Source: an uncultured delta proteobacterium
GTDB taxonomy: Bacteria > Desulfobacterota > Binatia > Binatales > Binataceae
Direction of reading: 5' to 3'
DNA length: 64,000 nt
Assembly: GCA_963724765.1 (NCBI GenBank)
Contig: CAVRVY010000004.1
Coordinates: 1,152,001-1,216,000, forward strand
A program made the position numbers and the translations under genes. The notes beneath the pieces were generated by a model that made no database searches, was not told where the DNA came from, and was given only the letters and a program-made list of their open reading frames with translations. Position 1 is the stretch's first letter. Each line of letters starts with the position of its first letter. Of the stretch, positions 18,499-27,004 are shown one piece after another.

Positions 18499-19770
18499 CT
18501 ATTCGTTCGCCCTTCCCCGGCTACCGAAACCGAACATTACCTGCGCCACGCGCCGCATCTGAATCTCCTCCGCGCCTTCGGTAATTCGATAGCGCCGATG
18601 ATGCCGGTAGATGTGCTCGAACGGTTTGTGGCGCGAATAGCCGAGGCCTCCGTGAATCTGCATCGCACGATCGGCGGCCTCGCATACCAGACGGTTCGCG
18701 CGATAGTTGCACATCGCAACCTTGTCCGAGAGTTTCTCCGCCACCTCGGGCTTGGACATCTGGTCCATCTCCCACGCCGTCTTGTGAATCAACGCGCGGA
18801 GCATCGCGGCCTCGGTCTGATGCTCGACCAGCGGCCATTGGATGGCCTGGTTGGTGGCGAGCGGCTTGCCGAAAGGCTTGCGCTCCTTCGCATACTGGAT
18901 GCTTTCGTTGATGCAATATTGCGCGGCGCCGAGCGAGGAGGCCGCCTGCCGGATGCGGTTCTCGTGCACGAAGTGCTGCGCGACTTCCAGACCGTTTTCC
19001 GGATCGCCAAGCGTCGCGTCGCCCGGAACGTACACGTCGGTGAGCGAGATTCGCGGATGGTCTGTCGGCATGTTGAAGGTCCAGAGGTATTCCTCGATTT
19101 TGAAACCTTCGCTGTTGACCGGAACGATGAAGCAGGTGATGCCCTTGGCGCCGCCGTCACGTCCACTGGTCCGGGCAAACACGAAATCGTGCGTCGCGAC
19201 GTGCAGGCCCGTGTTCCAGATTTTTGCTCCGTTGATGCACCAGCCGTCGCCTTCGCGGACGGCGCGCGTCTCCATCCAGGTGGCGTCGGAGCCGTGATTC
19301 GGCTCGGTCAGGCCGAACGCTACGCTAATCGAGCCGTCAAGGATTCGCGGGATGAACGCGTCCTTCTGCTCCCTGGTGCCAAAATCGCGGAACATCAGGA
19401 CCGTCGGCAGGTTGCCCACGATCGAGCTCTCGTTCTGAAGATCGTTGTGCAGGCCCAACCCCTTGGCCGCGAGGTGCTCCCGTATGATCGCCATCGCTAG
19501 GTTGGAGCCGTCCTTGCCGCCGTACTCCCTGGGAAGCGCGAAGCGATAATGCCCCGCCCGGTCGGCGCGCCGGCGCATCTCGGTTAGCAAGTCTTCCCAT
19601 TCATGGCGCGGCAGTCCACCGCGTTCGAAGTCGGTGCGCGCCCATTCGCGGCGATGGTCGAAGAAGCGGATATTGTCGTTTTCGCGTTCGAGCGGCTTGA
19701 TTTCGCGCTCGATGAACTGATCCAGTTCCGCAAGGTAAGCGGCAATTTCTGCTGGAATTTTGAAATCCAC
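18499..19770 (-). CDS. Acyl-CoA dehydrogenase family protein (LvaC/ACAD11-like)
   Basis: FGLTEPNHGSDA, INGAKIW, RKPFGKPL, AMQIHGGLG and RITEGAEEI; GTG start after CAGGAG. Confidence 0.92.
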   Translation of the reverse strand: MDFKIPAEIAAYLAELDQFIEREIKPLERENDNIRFFDHRREWARTDFERGGLPRHEWEDLLTEMRRRADRAGHYRFALPREYGGKDGSNLAMAIIREHLAAKGLGLHNDLQNESSIVGNLPTVLMFRDFGTREQKDAFIPRILDGSISVAFGLTEPNHGSDATWMETRAVREGDGWCINGAKIWNTGLHVATHDFVFARTSGRDGGAKGITCFIVPVNSEGFKIEEYLWTFNMPTDHPRISLTDVYVPGDATLGDPENGLEVAQHFVHENRIRQAASSLGAAQYCINESIQYAKERKPFGKPLATNQAIQWPLVEHQTEAAMLRALIHKTAWEMDQMSKPEVAEKLSDKVAMCNYRANRLVCEAADRAMQIHGGLGYSRHKPFEHIYRHHRRYRITEGAEEIQMRRVAQVMFGFGSRGRANE

Positions 19771-20029
19771 GGCTGCGCTCCTGTAGCAATGTTTCTCGGA
19801 CTGTCCTGATCTCATCCAGTCGCATCCCGGCCACTGGCCAGACGCCCGAGCCTCGCCCAGAGTACGCAAACCGAAAGCCGTCGAACAAACGCTGTGCGCA
19901 AACCCCGGCAGCCTTCGCCGTGCCGCTTCAGGCAACCGATCCGACGCTTTTCTTCCGGTAGCAATTCGGAATGAACTGGACGTATGATGCGCCAAACTGT
20001 TTGCGGCGCCTGCTGGAGGTTAGAACGCG

Positions 20030-21256
20030 ATGAAATTCATGTACTTTTTTCTTCCCACTATTCCCGCCACGCTCGAAGAGCGGCGCGCGCTTCGTCCAAT
20101 CGCGAACCATACTGACCGCTGGCAACGCTTGATCGCAGAAGTGGTGGAGATCGCTCAGCAGGCGGAGGAACTGGGCTTCGATGCGGTGGGCTTCCCGGAG
20201 CATCATCTACATAGCGAAGGAATCGAGGTCGGCAGCCTGCCGCTCCTCACGCAGCACGTGATTCAAAACACCAAGCGTATCAAGGTCGGGCCCATCGGCT
20301 ACGTTCTGCCGGGATGGAACCCGCTTAGGCTGGCGCTCGAAATTGCGTGGCTCGATCAGTTGACCAAGGGCAGAACCTTCGTGGGCCTCGCGCGCGGTTA
20401 CCAGGCCCGCTGGCTCAACCAGATGGCGCAGAAGATCCACGTTGGCGCAACCAGCAGCGACAAGAGCGAAACCGACCGCATCAATCGCGAGGCTTTCGAA
20501 GAGGTTTTCCGCTTTCTCAAGCTGGCATGGGCCGACGAACCCTTTCGCTTCAAAGGCAAGCATTACGAGTATCCCTTTCCGCAGGAGGGAACGCCGTGGC
20601 CGCCGCATGAATTTACGCGCAAGTACGGCTTCCCCGGCGAAGTCGACGAAGAGGGACGCATCCAGAAGATCAGCGTGGTCCCAAAGCCATATCAGAAACC
20701 GCATCCTCCGTTGTTCCAGGCCTTTTCGATGAGCGAGGAGACGGTGCGCTGGTGCGCTCGCGAGGCGATTACACCGACCATCCTGATCTCGCAGCCAGAG
20801 CGACTGCGCAAGCTGGCCGAGGCCTATCAGGAAGAGGCAAAAAAGGCCGGCCGTCAGTTAAAGCTGGGCGATAACATCGGCGTGCTGCGCACGGTGTACA
20901 TGGCGGAAAATCACGCGAAGGCGGAGAAGCTGGCCGAAGCCGGACAATGCGGATTTGCCTTCCGCGAGTTCTTTTACCATTTCGGTTTCTTCGAGGCCTG
21001 GCGCGAGGCCGCTGACGACGTCAAGTACGGCAAAAAGATGCTGCCCGTCGAGGAAGCCACCACCGCGCGCATGGAGCGGGCGGACTTCGCCTACATCGGC
21101 AGTGTCGACGACGTCCGGCGCAAGATCGATGCGCTGGTGGAAAACGCCCATCCGGAATGGTTTGTCTGGCAGGGCGACCAGGGACTGATACCGCTCGCTG
21201 AGGCCAAGCGACAGGTCGAGCTCTTCGGCAAGGAACTGCTGCCGCGCTACAAGTAG
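20030..21256 (+). CDS. LLM-class flavin-dependent oxidoreductase
   Basis: FPEHH, WNPLRLA, LDQLTKGR, PYQKPHPP and ELFGKELLPR; GGAGG RBS. Confidence 0.92.
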   Translation: MKFMYFFLPTIPATLEERRALRPIANHTDRWQRLIAEVVEIAQQAEELGFDAVGFPEHHLHSEGIEVGSLPLLTQHVIQNTKRIKVGPIGYVLPGWNPLRLALEIAWLDQLTKGRTFVGLARGYQARWLNQMAQKIHVGATSSDKSETDRINREAFEEVFRFLKLAWADEPFRFKGKHYEYPFPQEGTPWPPHEFTRKYGFPGEVDEEGRIQKISVVPKPYQKPHPPLFQAFSMSEETVRWCAREAITPTILISQPERLRKLAEAYQEEAKKAGRQLKLGDNIGVLRTVYMAENHAKAEKLAEAGQCGFAFREFFYHFGFFEAWREAADDVKYGKKMLPVEEATTARMERADFAYIGSVDDVRRKIDALVENAHPEWFVWQGDQGLIPLAEAKRQVELFGKELLPRYK

Positions 21257-21261
21257 GCTGC

Positions 21262-21299
21262 TTTTTACCTCCTCCCCAAGACAATCGGAGGAGGAAAAA
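21262..21299. repeat. Inverted repeat/hairpin between convergent LLM genes
   Basis: TTTTTACCTCCTCC-N11-GGAGGAGGAAAAA; no U-tract follows the stem on either strand, so it is REP-like or an atypical terminator. Confidence 0.5.
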
Positions 21300-21315
21300 T
21301 AAAGACCCGGCGCGG

Positions 21316-22344
21316 TCACCGCAGATGCGGCAGCACCTCTTCGCCGAAGAGTTGGAGGCATTGCATCGTTTCGGCGCGGCGCGGGCCAAGCGGCACGCGG
21401 CTCCGAATGATTAGGTAGTCGGCGCCTAAAGCGCCGCACCAATATTTGGCGCGTTCGACGCAAGTCTGCGGATCGCCAAGCACCAGGAACTTGCGCATCT
21501 TCGCCACGGTAAAATCCGACTCGCTCTGGAACTCCGGATTCGGCGTGAGCAGGCCGTAGCGGAAGTAGTAGAGCATGTCCTGAACCCACAGTTCGCCGAA
21601 GGTGCGCTCCGCTTCCTCCTGCGTCCGCGCGACCCATCCGTCGCGCATCAGCACGACCATCGGGCGCCGCGCATGCTTCGCCGCCTCGTTGCGATAAATA
21701 TCAGCCTGTGATCGCAGCGTCTCGAACGAATCCCAAAACGGTAGAATCGCCCACGCGTCACCCAGGCGGCCGGCACGCTTGATGGCTTCTGGATAAGCCG
21801 CGCCGATCCAGAGCGGCGGCCCTCCCGCCTGATACGGCTTCGGCGAGAGCAGCACGCTGTCGAAATGATAGCGCTTGCCGTGGAACGAGTACTTGGCGGT
21901 GCTCGACCATGCGCCGCGAAGAATTTCGATCGACTCCTCGAAGCGCGAGAAGCGCTGCTTGTGCGGTTCGCCGAAGAGGTTGAAGTAGTCAGGATGATAG
22001 CCCATCCCCACTCCGAGCCTGACCCGCCCGCGGGAGAGGTTATCGATCATCGCTACGTCTTCTGCCAGATGCATCGGATTGTACAACGGGGGCTGCAAGA
22101 CCATCGTGCCGAGGTCGACCCGCCTGGTCCGCACAGCCAGCGCCGCCATGATGATGAGCGGTGGCGGAAACACGCATTCGCTGCGGGCGTGACGTTCCGG
22201 GAAGAAAACCCCGTCGAAGCCGCTGCGCTCGGCCTGCTCGCCCTCTTCGAGCAGTTGCTCGGCGAAGTCGGCGACCGTCTCGCGTGAGGGAATCGGCTGG
22301 CCGTACGCACCGCTATGCGTGTCGGGCATGTATCCGATCTTCAT
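21316..22344 (-). CDS. LLM-class flavin-dependent oxidoreductase
   Basis: FFPERH, YNPMHLAED, IDNLSRGR, PPLWIG and LFGEEVLPHL; AGGAGG RBS before ATG 22344. Confidence 0.9.
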   Translation of the reverse strand: MKIGYMPDTHSGAYGQPIPSRETVADFAEQLLEEGEQAERSGFDGVFFPERHARSECVFPPPLIIMAALAVRTRRVDLGTMVLQPPLYNPMHLAEDVAMIDNLSRGRVRLGVGMGYHPDYFNLFGEPHKQRFSRFEESIEILRGAWSSTAKYSFHGKRYHFDSVLLSPKPYQAGGPPLWIGAAYPEAIKRAGRLGDAWAILPFWDSFETLRSQADIYRNEAAKHARRPMVVLMRDGWVARTQEEAERTFGELWVQDMLYYFRYGLLTPNPEFQSESDFTVAKMRKFLVLGDPQTCVERAKYWCGALGADYLIIRSRVPLGPRRAETMQCLQLFGEEVLPHLR

Positions 22345-22370
22345 GACCGCCTCCTGCGGGGAGTCTGTTC

Positions 22371-23054
22371 CTACCAGATTCCGGGCAGTAACCGGTAGCG
22401 CACCGCGTCCGCGTAGGTCAAATAGCCCTTGAGGTTGCTTTTCAGAAACCGATCTTCGGCGACGGTGCGGCCGAGGAGCAGTGGCACGCACGCCACGGCG
22501 GGCAGCAACGCGAGCCACGATCCCAGTGCGACGCCGCTCGACAGACAGAACATCAATCCGGCGATGTAGCCGGGATGCCTGACCCAACGATAAGGGCCGC
22601 CGGTTATCAGCACGTGCCCGCGATCCTCCTGCAAGCGGATTATCGAGGAGAAAACCCGATTGGTCCGCATCGCCCAGACGATCAACGCGAGCGCCAGGGC
22701 GAAGATCGCCAGTCCTACAATCTGAAAGTCTTGCGCAACGGAATCGGACCAGTGAAATCGTCCGACATCAAGCCCGGCGATACACCAATGCACCACGGGC
22801 GGAAGGAGCAACGCATAGTATCGATACTTCAGCGGTTGGCCGCCGGGCCGTACCCGTTCGTAGAGCAGTTCCGAATCGATGACACATGCCGCGACGGTGA
22901 ACGACGCGACGCAATCGAGCAGGTACGCCCAAAAGAAAGGGATGTTTAACCGGCCCGCGCATCCAAAAAGCAGCAGTCCGATTAGCGCGCAAAACCCGAG
23001 CGACTGCGAAATCCAGAAAAGCCTGGACGAAGAGAACGAACTCCCCCCGGGCAT
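22371..23054 (-). CDS. Isoprenylcysteine carboxyl methyltransferase (ICMT/PEMT) family membrane protein
   Basis: HVLITGGPYRWVRHPGY, RTVAEDRFL and Y...VRYRLLPGIW. Confidence 0.88.
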   Translation of the reverse strand: MPGGSSFSSSRLFWISQSLGFCALIGLLLFGCAGRLNIPFFWAYLLDCVASFTVAACVIDSELLYERVRPGGQPLKYRYYALLLPPVVHWCIAGLDVGRFHWSDSVAQDFQIVGLAIFALALALIVWAMRTNRVFSSIIRLQEDRGHVLITGGPYRWVRHPGYIAGLMFCLSSGVALGSWLALLPAVACVPLLLGRTVAEDRFLKSNLKGYLTYADAVRYRLLPGIW

Positions 23055-23094
23055 GCCGCGCGATCGTCCCGCACGAATCGACGGTGCGCCGTCG

Positions 23095-24906
23095 TTAGCG
23101 GCCGCCGCCGGCCGCGGCCACCGCCTCGGCCTTGGGACGATCCGCCCGCGTGCGCTTCGTCGCCTCGCCGTCGACCGTCCGCGATTTGGAATCGATGACT
23201 ACTCCGTAGTTGTCACGCGCCTGGGCCGGCGTCACGTAGCCGTCGAGAAAGTCTTCCAGCACCCGTGCCGGCTCGCGCATCATCGGATCGCCCCAGCCGC
23301 CGCCGCCGGTGGTCAGGACTTCGAACCGATCGCCCGCTTCAAGGCGCTTGCCGCGCAGCGGATTGTGCCATACGCCGTCGGGGGAAATGCCGCCGAAGAC
23401 GTCGAGCTTGCCGTCCGCGGTAAGGCGCGAGACCCGCTGCGCCACGCTATCGCCGCCGCCCGCGACTCCCGGAGTGCCCGTCCGTGTGCGCGAGGTCTCG
23501 ATCGATACTTCCGAGGAGCCAAGCATGGTGATCACCATGCGCGAGCCCAGTCCGCCGCGGTTGCGGCCGGCGCCGGCGGAATCGGCGCGCAGGTCAAAGG
23601 CCTCGTAGCGGATCGGGAAGAGCAACTCCGCGACCTCAGCCGACAGATTGGCGCAGTTGCCCAACGGATCCTGGGTCACGTTCATCCCGTCGTGGAGCGG
23701 CGTGCCGCCCCATCCCCCGGCCGGCAGATCCGAGAAGACGAAATTTTCACCGCTTATCGGATCTTTCACAGAGCACACGAACCAGTTGCATTCCGCGAAG
23801 GTCGGCGCGACCGCGCGATCGGGAATCGCATCGGAAAGCGCCTTCCAGATGGCCGCCGTAATCTTGGACGAGGTGAGCGTTGTACAACCGATCGTCGGCG
23901 AGGGCCACTTGGCGTTGAGCCAGCTATGCTCTGGCAGCCGAATCTCGATCGGACGGAAGCTGCCCGCGTTGGCCGGCGCATCCGAGGAGAGAAAAAACTT
24001 CAGTGAGTAATAGACCGCCGAATAGGTATTGGCCATCGGCGAGTTGATTCCGCCGGCGACTGGTTTATCGCTGCCCTCGAAATCCACGATGATGCGATCG
24101 TCCTCGACCTTGAGCGTGACTTCCACGCGCACCGGCTCGTCGGAGATGCCGTCGGTGTCGGCATAGTCGACCGCGTGGTAAGTGCCGTTGGGGATCTCGC
24201 GAATAGCGTTACGCGTGAGGCGCTCGGTATAGTCCAGGACCTCGCGCATGCCCTGGCGCACGGTTTCCATCCCATAGCGGCCGGCGATGCGCTGCAGTTC
24301 CGCCTCGGCCACGCGCAGCGCCGCGAGATGAGCCTGCAAATCGCCCTTGATGTACTGCGGGGTGCGCGTGTTGGCGACGATGATCCGCAGCAGGTCATCG
24401 TTGACGCGATAATTCTCATACATCCGAAGCGGCGGCAGCCGCAGTCCCTCGCCGGCGATGTGCGTTCCGAAGGCCTGACCACCGGCCGCGCCGCCGCCGA
24501 CGTCGGTCCAATGGCCGCGCGAAACCGCAAAGCCCAGGATGTCGCCCTCGAAAAAGACCGGCATCGTGAAGGTCATGTCGTTCAGATGCGTGCCGCCGTC
24601 GTAGGGATCGTTGAGCACGAAGATGTCGCCGGGGCGCAGGCTTTCAAAGCCGAAATGCTTGACCGAGGCCTGTGCCGAAAAATGCATCGCCGCAATATGG
24701 ACCGGGCAATTGGCGGTCTGGCCGAGCAGCTCCAGCTTCTCGTTGTAGATCGCGTTGGAAAAATCGACCATGTCGTAGATGATCGGCGAGAAGGCGGCCT
24801 TCTGCAGCACCGTGCTCATCCTGCCGCAGACGTATTCGAAGGAGCTGCGCAGGACTTCGAAGGTTACCGGGTCAAGCCGCTTGCCATTTTCGTTGGAGGT
24901 GTTCAT
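23095..24906 (-). CDS. Hydantoinase B/5-oxoprolinase family subunit
   Basis: LDPVTFEV, NDPYDGGTHLND, GHWTDVGG, GAGRNRGG and TGGGGWGDP; AAGGAG RBS. Confidence 0.93.
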   Translation of the reverse strand: MNTSNENGKRLDPVTFEVLRSSFEYVCGRMSTVLQKAAFSPIIYDMVDFSNAIYNEKLELLGQTANCPVHIAAMHFSAQASVKHFGFESLRPGDIFVLNDPYDGGTHLNDMTFTMPVFFEGDILGFAVSRGHWTDVGGGAAGGQAFGTHIAGEGLRLPPLRMYENYRVNDDLLRIIVANTRTPQYIKGDLQAHLAALRVAEAELQRIAGRYGMETVRQGMREVLDYTERLTRNAIREIPNGTYHAVDYADTDGISDEPVRVEVTLKVEDDRIIVDFEGSDKPVAGGINSPMANTYSAVYYSLKFFLSSDAPANAGSFRPIEIRLPEHSWLNAKWPSPTIGCTTLTSSKITAAIWKALSDAIPDRAVAPTFAECNWFVCSVKDPISGENFVFSDLPAGGWGGTPLHDGMNVTQDPLGNCANLSAEVAELLFPIRYEAFDLRADSAGAGRNRGGLGSRMVITMLGSSEVSIETSRTRTGTPGVAGGGDSVAQRVSRLTADGKLDVFGGISPDGVWHNPLRGKRLEAGDRFEVLTTGGGGWGDPMMREPARVLEDFLDGYVTPAQARDNYGVVIDSKSRTVDGEATKRTRADRPKAEAVAAAGGGR

Positions 24907-24915
24907 CGGCACTCC

Positions 24916-26955
24916 TTACACGGTTATGGACAGATTGCCCTCAGCGTCGACCATCGCCGAACTTGCGGGCGCGAGCGCGGTACATGAATGTTCGTGCTCG
25001 ATTATCGCGGGTCCTTCAATCTTGTGTCCGGGGCGCAAGGCGGCGGCATCGTAGAGCGCGGTCCGGATCTTCTTGCCGTCGAAAATCACGTCTCGCTCGC
25101 CCTTGACCACGTTTCCAGTATCGCTTTTCCGGGCGCCCGCGGGAACAGCCTGCGAATTGCCCGATCCGTGCCCGGCCACCACGCCCAGCGCGGTCACGCC
25201 CAGGCTGACGAAGGCCGGCGCGAACTCCTCCGAGGCGACGCCGTACTCGCGCAAATGCGACTTGTGAAAATTTCCCCTGACCTCGTCGAGCGCCGATCCG
25301 ATATGGTCCGGGATTGGCGTCAGGACCTCGTAGCTCTGACCGACGTAACGCATCTGCGCGGTGCGCTTGAGCCTCACCGCGGCAAGCGCGATTCCTTCGC
25401 GCGACAAAAGCGCGCGGCCTTCATCCTCGAGCGTGCGATAAAGCTGCTCGAGTTGCTCCGGGTTGGTATCCGCGACCGGTGAATAAAAAAACCGCTCCAG
25501 GTCGTGGCGCAAATCCATCCGGGTCGCGCCGTAGGCCGACGCGACACCGGCGTACGCAGGCACGATGACCGTGGGAATTCCGAGCGAGCGAGCGATCCAG
25601 CACGCGTGCATCGCACCCGCGCCGCCCGAACTGGCAAGCGCGAAATCGCGCGGGTCGCGTCCGCGCTCGGCCAGGGCGAGACGAATCGCCTGGGCCATGT
25701 TTTCCGTGCAGATCGACACGATACCTTCGGCCGCCGCGATCGGCTCGAGTCCCACACGCTTGCCGATCTCGGCGACCGCGCGATGGGCGGCGTCACGGTC
25801 GAGAACCATCTTACCGCCGAGCGTCGGCTCCAGCCGGCCGAGCAGCAGATTGGCGTCGGTGACGGTTGCGTGCCTGGCACCTTTGCCATAGCAGGCCGGG
25901 CCAGGGTCGGATCCGGCGCTGCGCGGTCCCACCCGCAACGATCCGCCCTCGTCAATCCAGGCTATCGAGCCGCCGCCCGCGCCGATGCTCCTGATGTCGA
26001 GCATCGGAGTGATGATCGGCATCTCCCAGCGCAGTTCGTAGGAGTTGGTGATAAGCCCCTCGCCGTCTTCGACCACCGCAACGTCGAACGAGGTGCCACC
26101 CATGTCGGTGTGGATGACCTTCGCGGCCTCACGCATCGAGCGCGAGAGCGCGCTGGCGTAGGCCACACCGCCGGCCGGCCCTGATTCGATCAGCTCCTCG
26201 GGCCGTTCGATCGCGGAAGCGACGCCCATCACGCCGCCGTTGGACTTGATGATGAGCAGCGAGCCCTTGAAACCCCATTGGGCGAGTTCGTGTTCGAGGT
26301 CCTGGAGATAACCGGCCATTACCGGCAGCAGAACGGCGCGTACTACCGTGGTCATGAAACGGCCCAGCTCGCGGAACTGCGGGCGGGTCTCGCTGGAAAT
26401 TGCGACCCGCACTTTCGGCGCGGCTTCGCGTATCAGTTCGCGCACCCGCCGTTCATGGCGGCCGTCGACGTAGGCGTTAATGAAGCAGACCGCGATTGTT
26501 TCGGCGCCCTGTGCGAGCGCGTCCGCGATCACCTCGCGCGCCGCCTTTTCGTCCAGCGGCCGGACCGTCTCGCCCTGGGCCGACATCCGCTCGGTGAGCG
26601 CGAACCGCATGCGCCGCGGGATGAGCGGCCGCTCCTTGACCTGGTATGGATCGTAAAGGCGTTCGCGGCGCTGGCGGCCAATCTCGATCGTGTCGCGAAA
26701 CCCTTCCGTGGTGATCATCGCCGCGGTGGGAAAGGTGCGCTCGATCAAAGCGTTGGTCGCGGTCGTGCTGCCGTGCACTATTTCCGCGACCTTGGCCGGG
26801 TTGATGCCCGTTTGCGCGAGCGCGCCGAGCACGCTTTCGACCAGCCGATGCTTGGTTCCGAGAACTTTGGCCGTGCGGGTTTCGCCGTTCTCTTCATTGA
26901 CCGCGAAGAGATCGGTGAAGGTTCCGCCAACATCTATTCCTATTCGCCAGGACAT
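24916..26955 (-). CDS. Hydantoinase A/5-oxoprolinase family subunit (ATP-binding)
   Basis: GIDVGGTFTD, HGSTTATNA, SGPAGG, DMGGTSFD, GAGGGS and GPACYG. Confidence 0.94.
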   Translation of the reverse strand: MSWRIGIDVGGTFTDLFAVNEENGETRTAKVLGTKHRLVESVLGALAQTGINPAKVAEIVHGSTTATNALIERTFPTAAMITTEGFRDTIEIGRQRRERLYDPYQVKERPLIPRRMRFALTERMSAQGETVRPLDEKAAREVIADALAQGAETIAVCFINAYVDGRHERRVRELIREAAPKVRVAISSETRPQFRELGRFMTTVVRAVLLPVMAGYLQDLEHELAQWGFKGSLLIIKSNGGVMGVASAIERPEELIESGPAGGVAYASALSRSMREAAKVIHTDMGGTSFDVAVVEDGEGLITNSYELRWEMPIITPMLDIRSIGAGGGSIAWIDEGGSLRVGPRSAGSDPGPACYGKGARHATVTDANLLLGRLEPTLGGKMVLDRDAAHRAVAEIGKRVGLEPIAAAEGIVSICTENMAQAIRLALAERGRDPRDFALASSGGAGAMHACWIARSLGIPTVIVPAYAGVASAYGATRMDLRHDLERFFYSPVADTNPEQLEQLYRTLEDEGRALLSREGIALAAVRLKRTAQMRYVGQSYEVLTPIPDHIGSALDEVRGNFHKSHLREYGVASEEFAPAFVSLGVTALGVVAGHGSGNSQAVPAGARKSDTGNVVKGERDVIFDGKKIRTALYDAAALRPGHKIEGPAIIEHEHSCTALAPASSAMVDAEGNLSITV

Positions 26956-27004
26956 CGCCGCCGATGCTAGCCGTCCACACGATCCAGGTCAAAGGAAACG
27001 GGGC

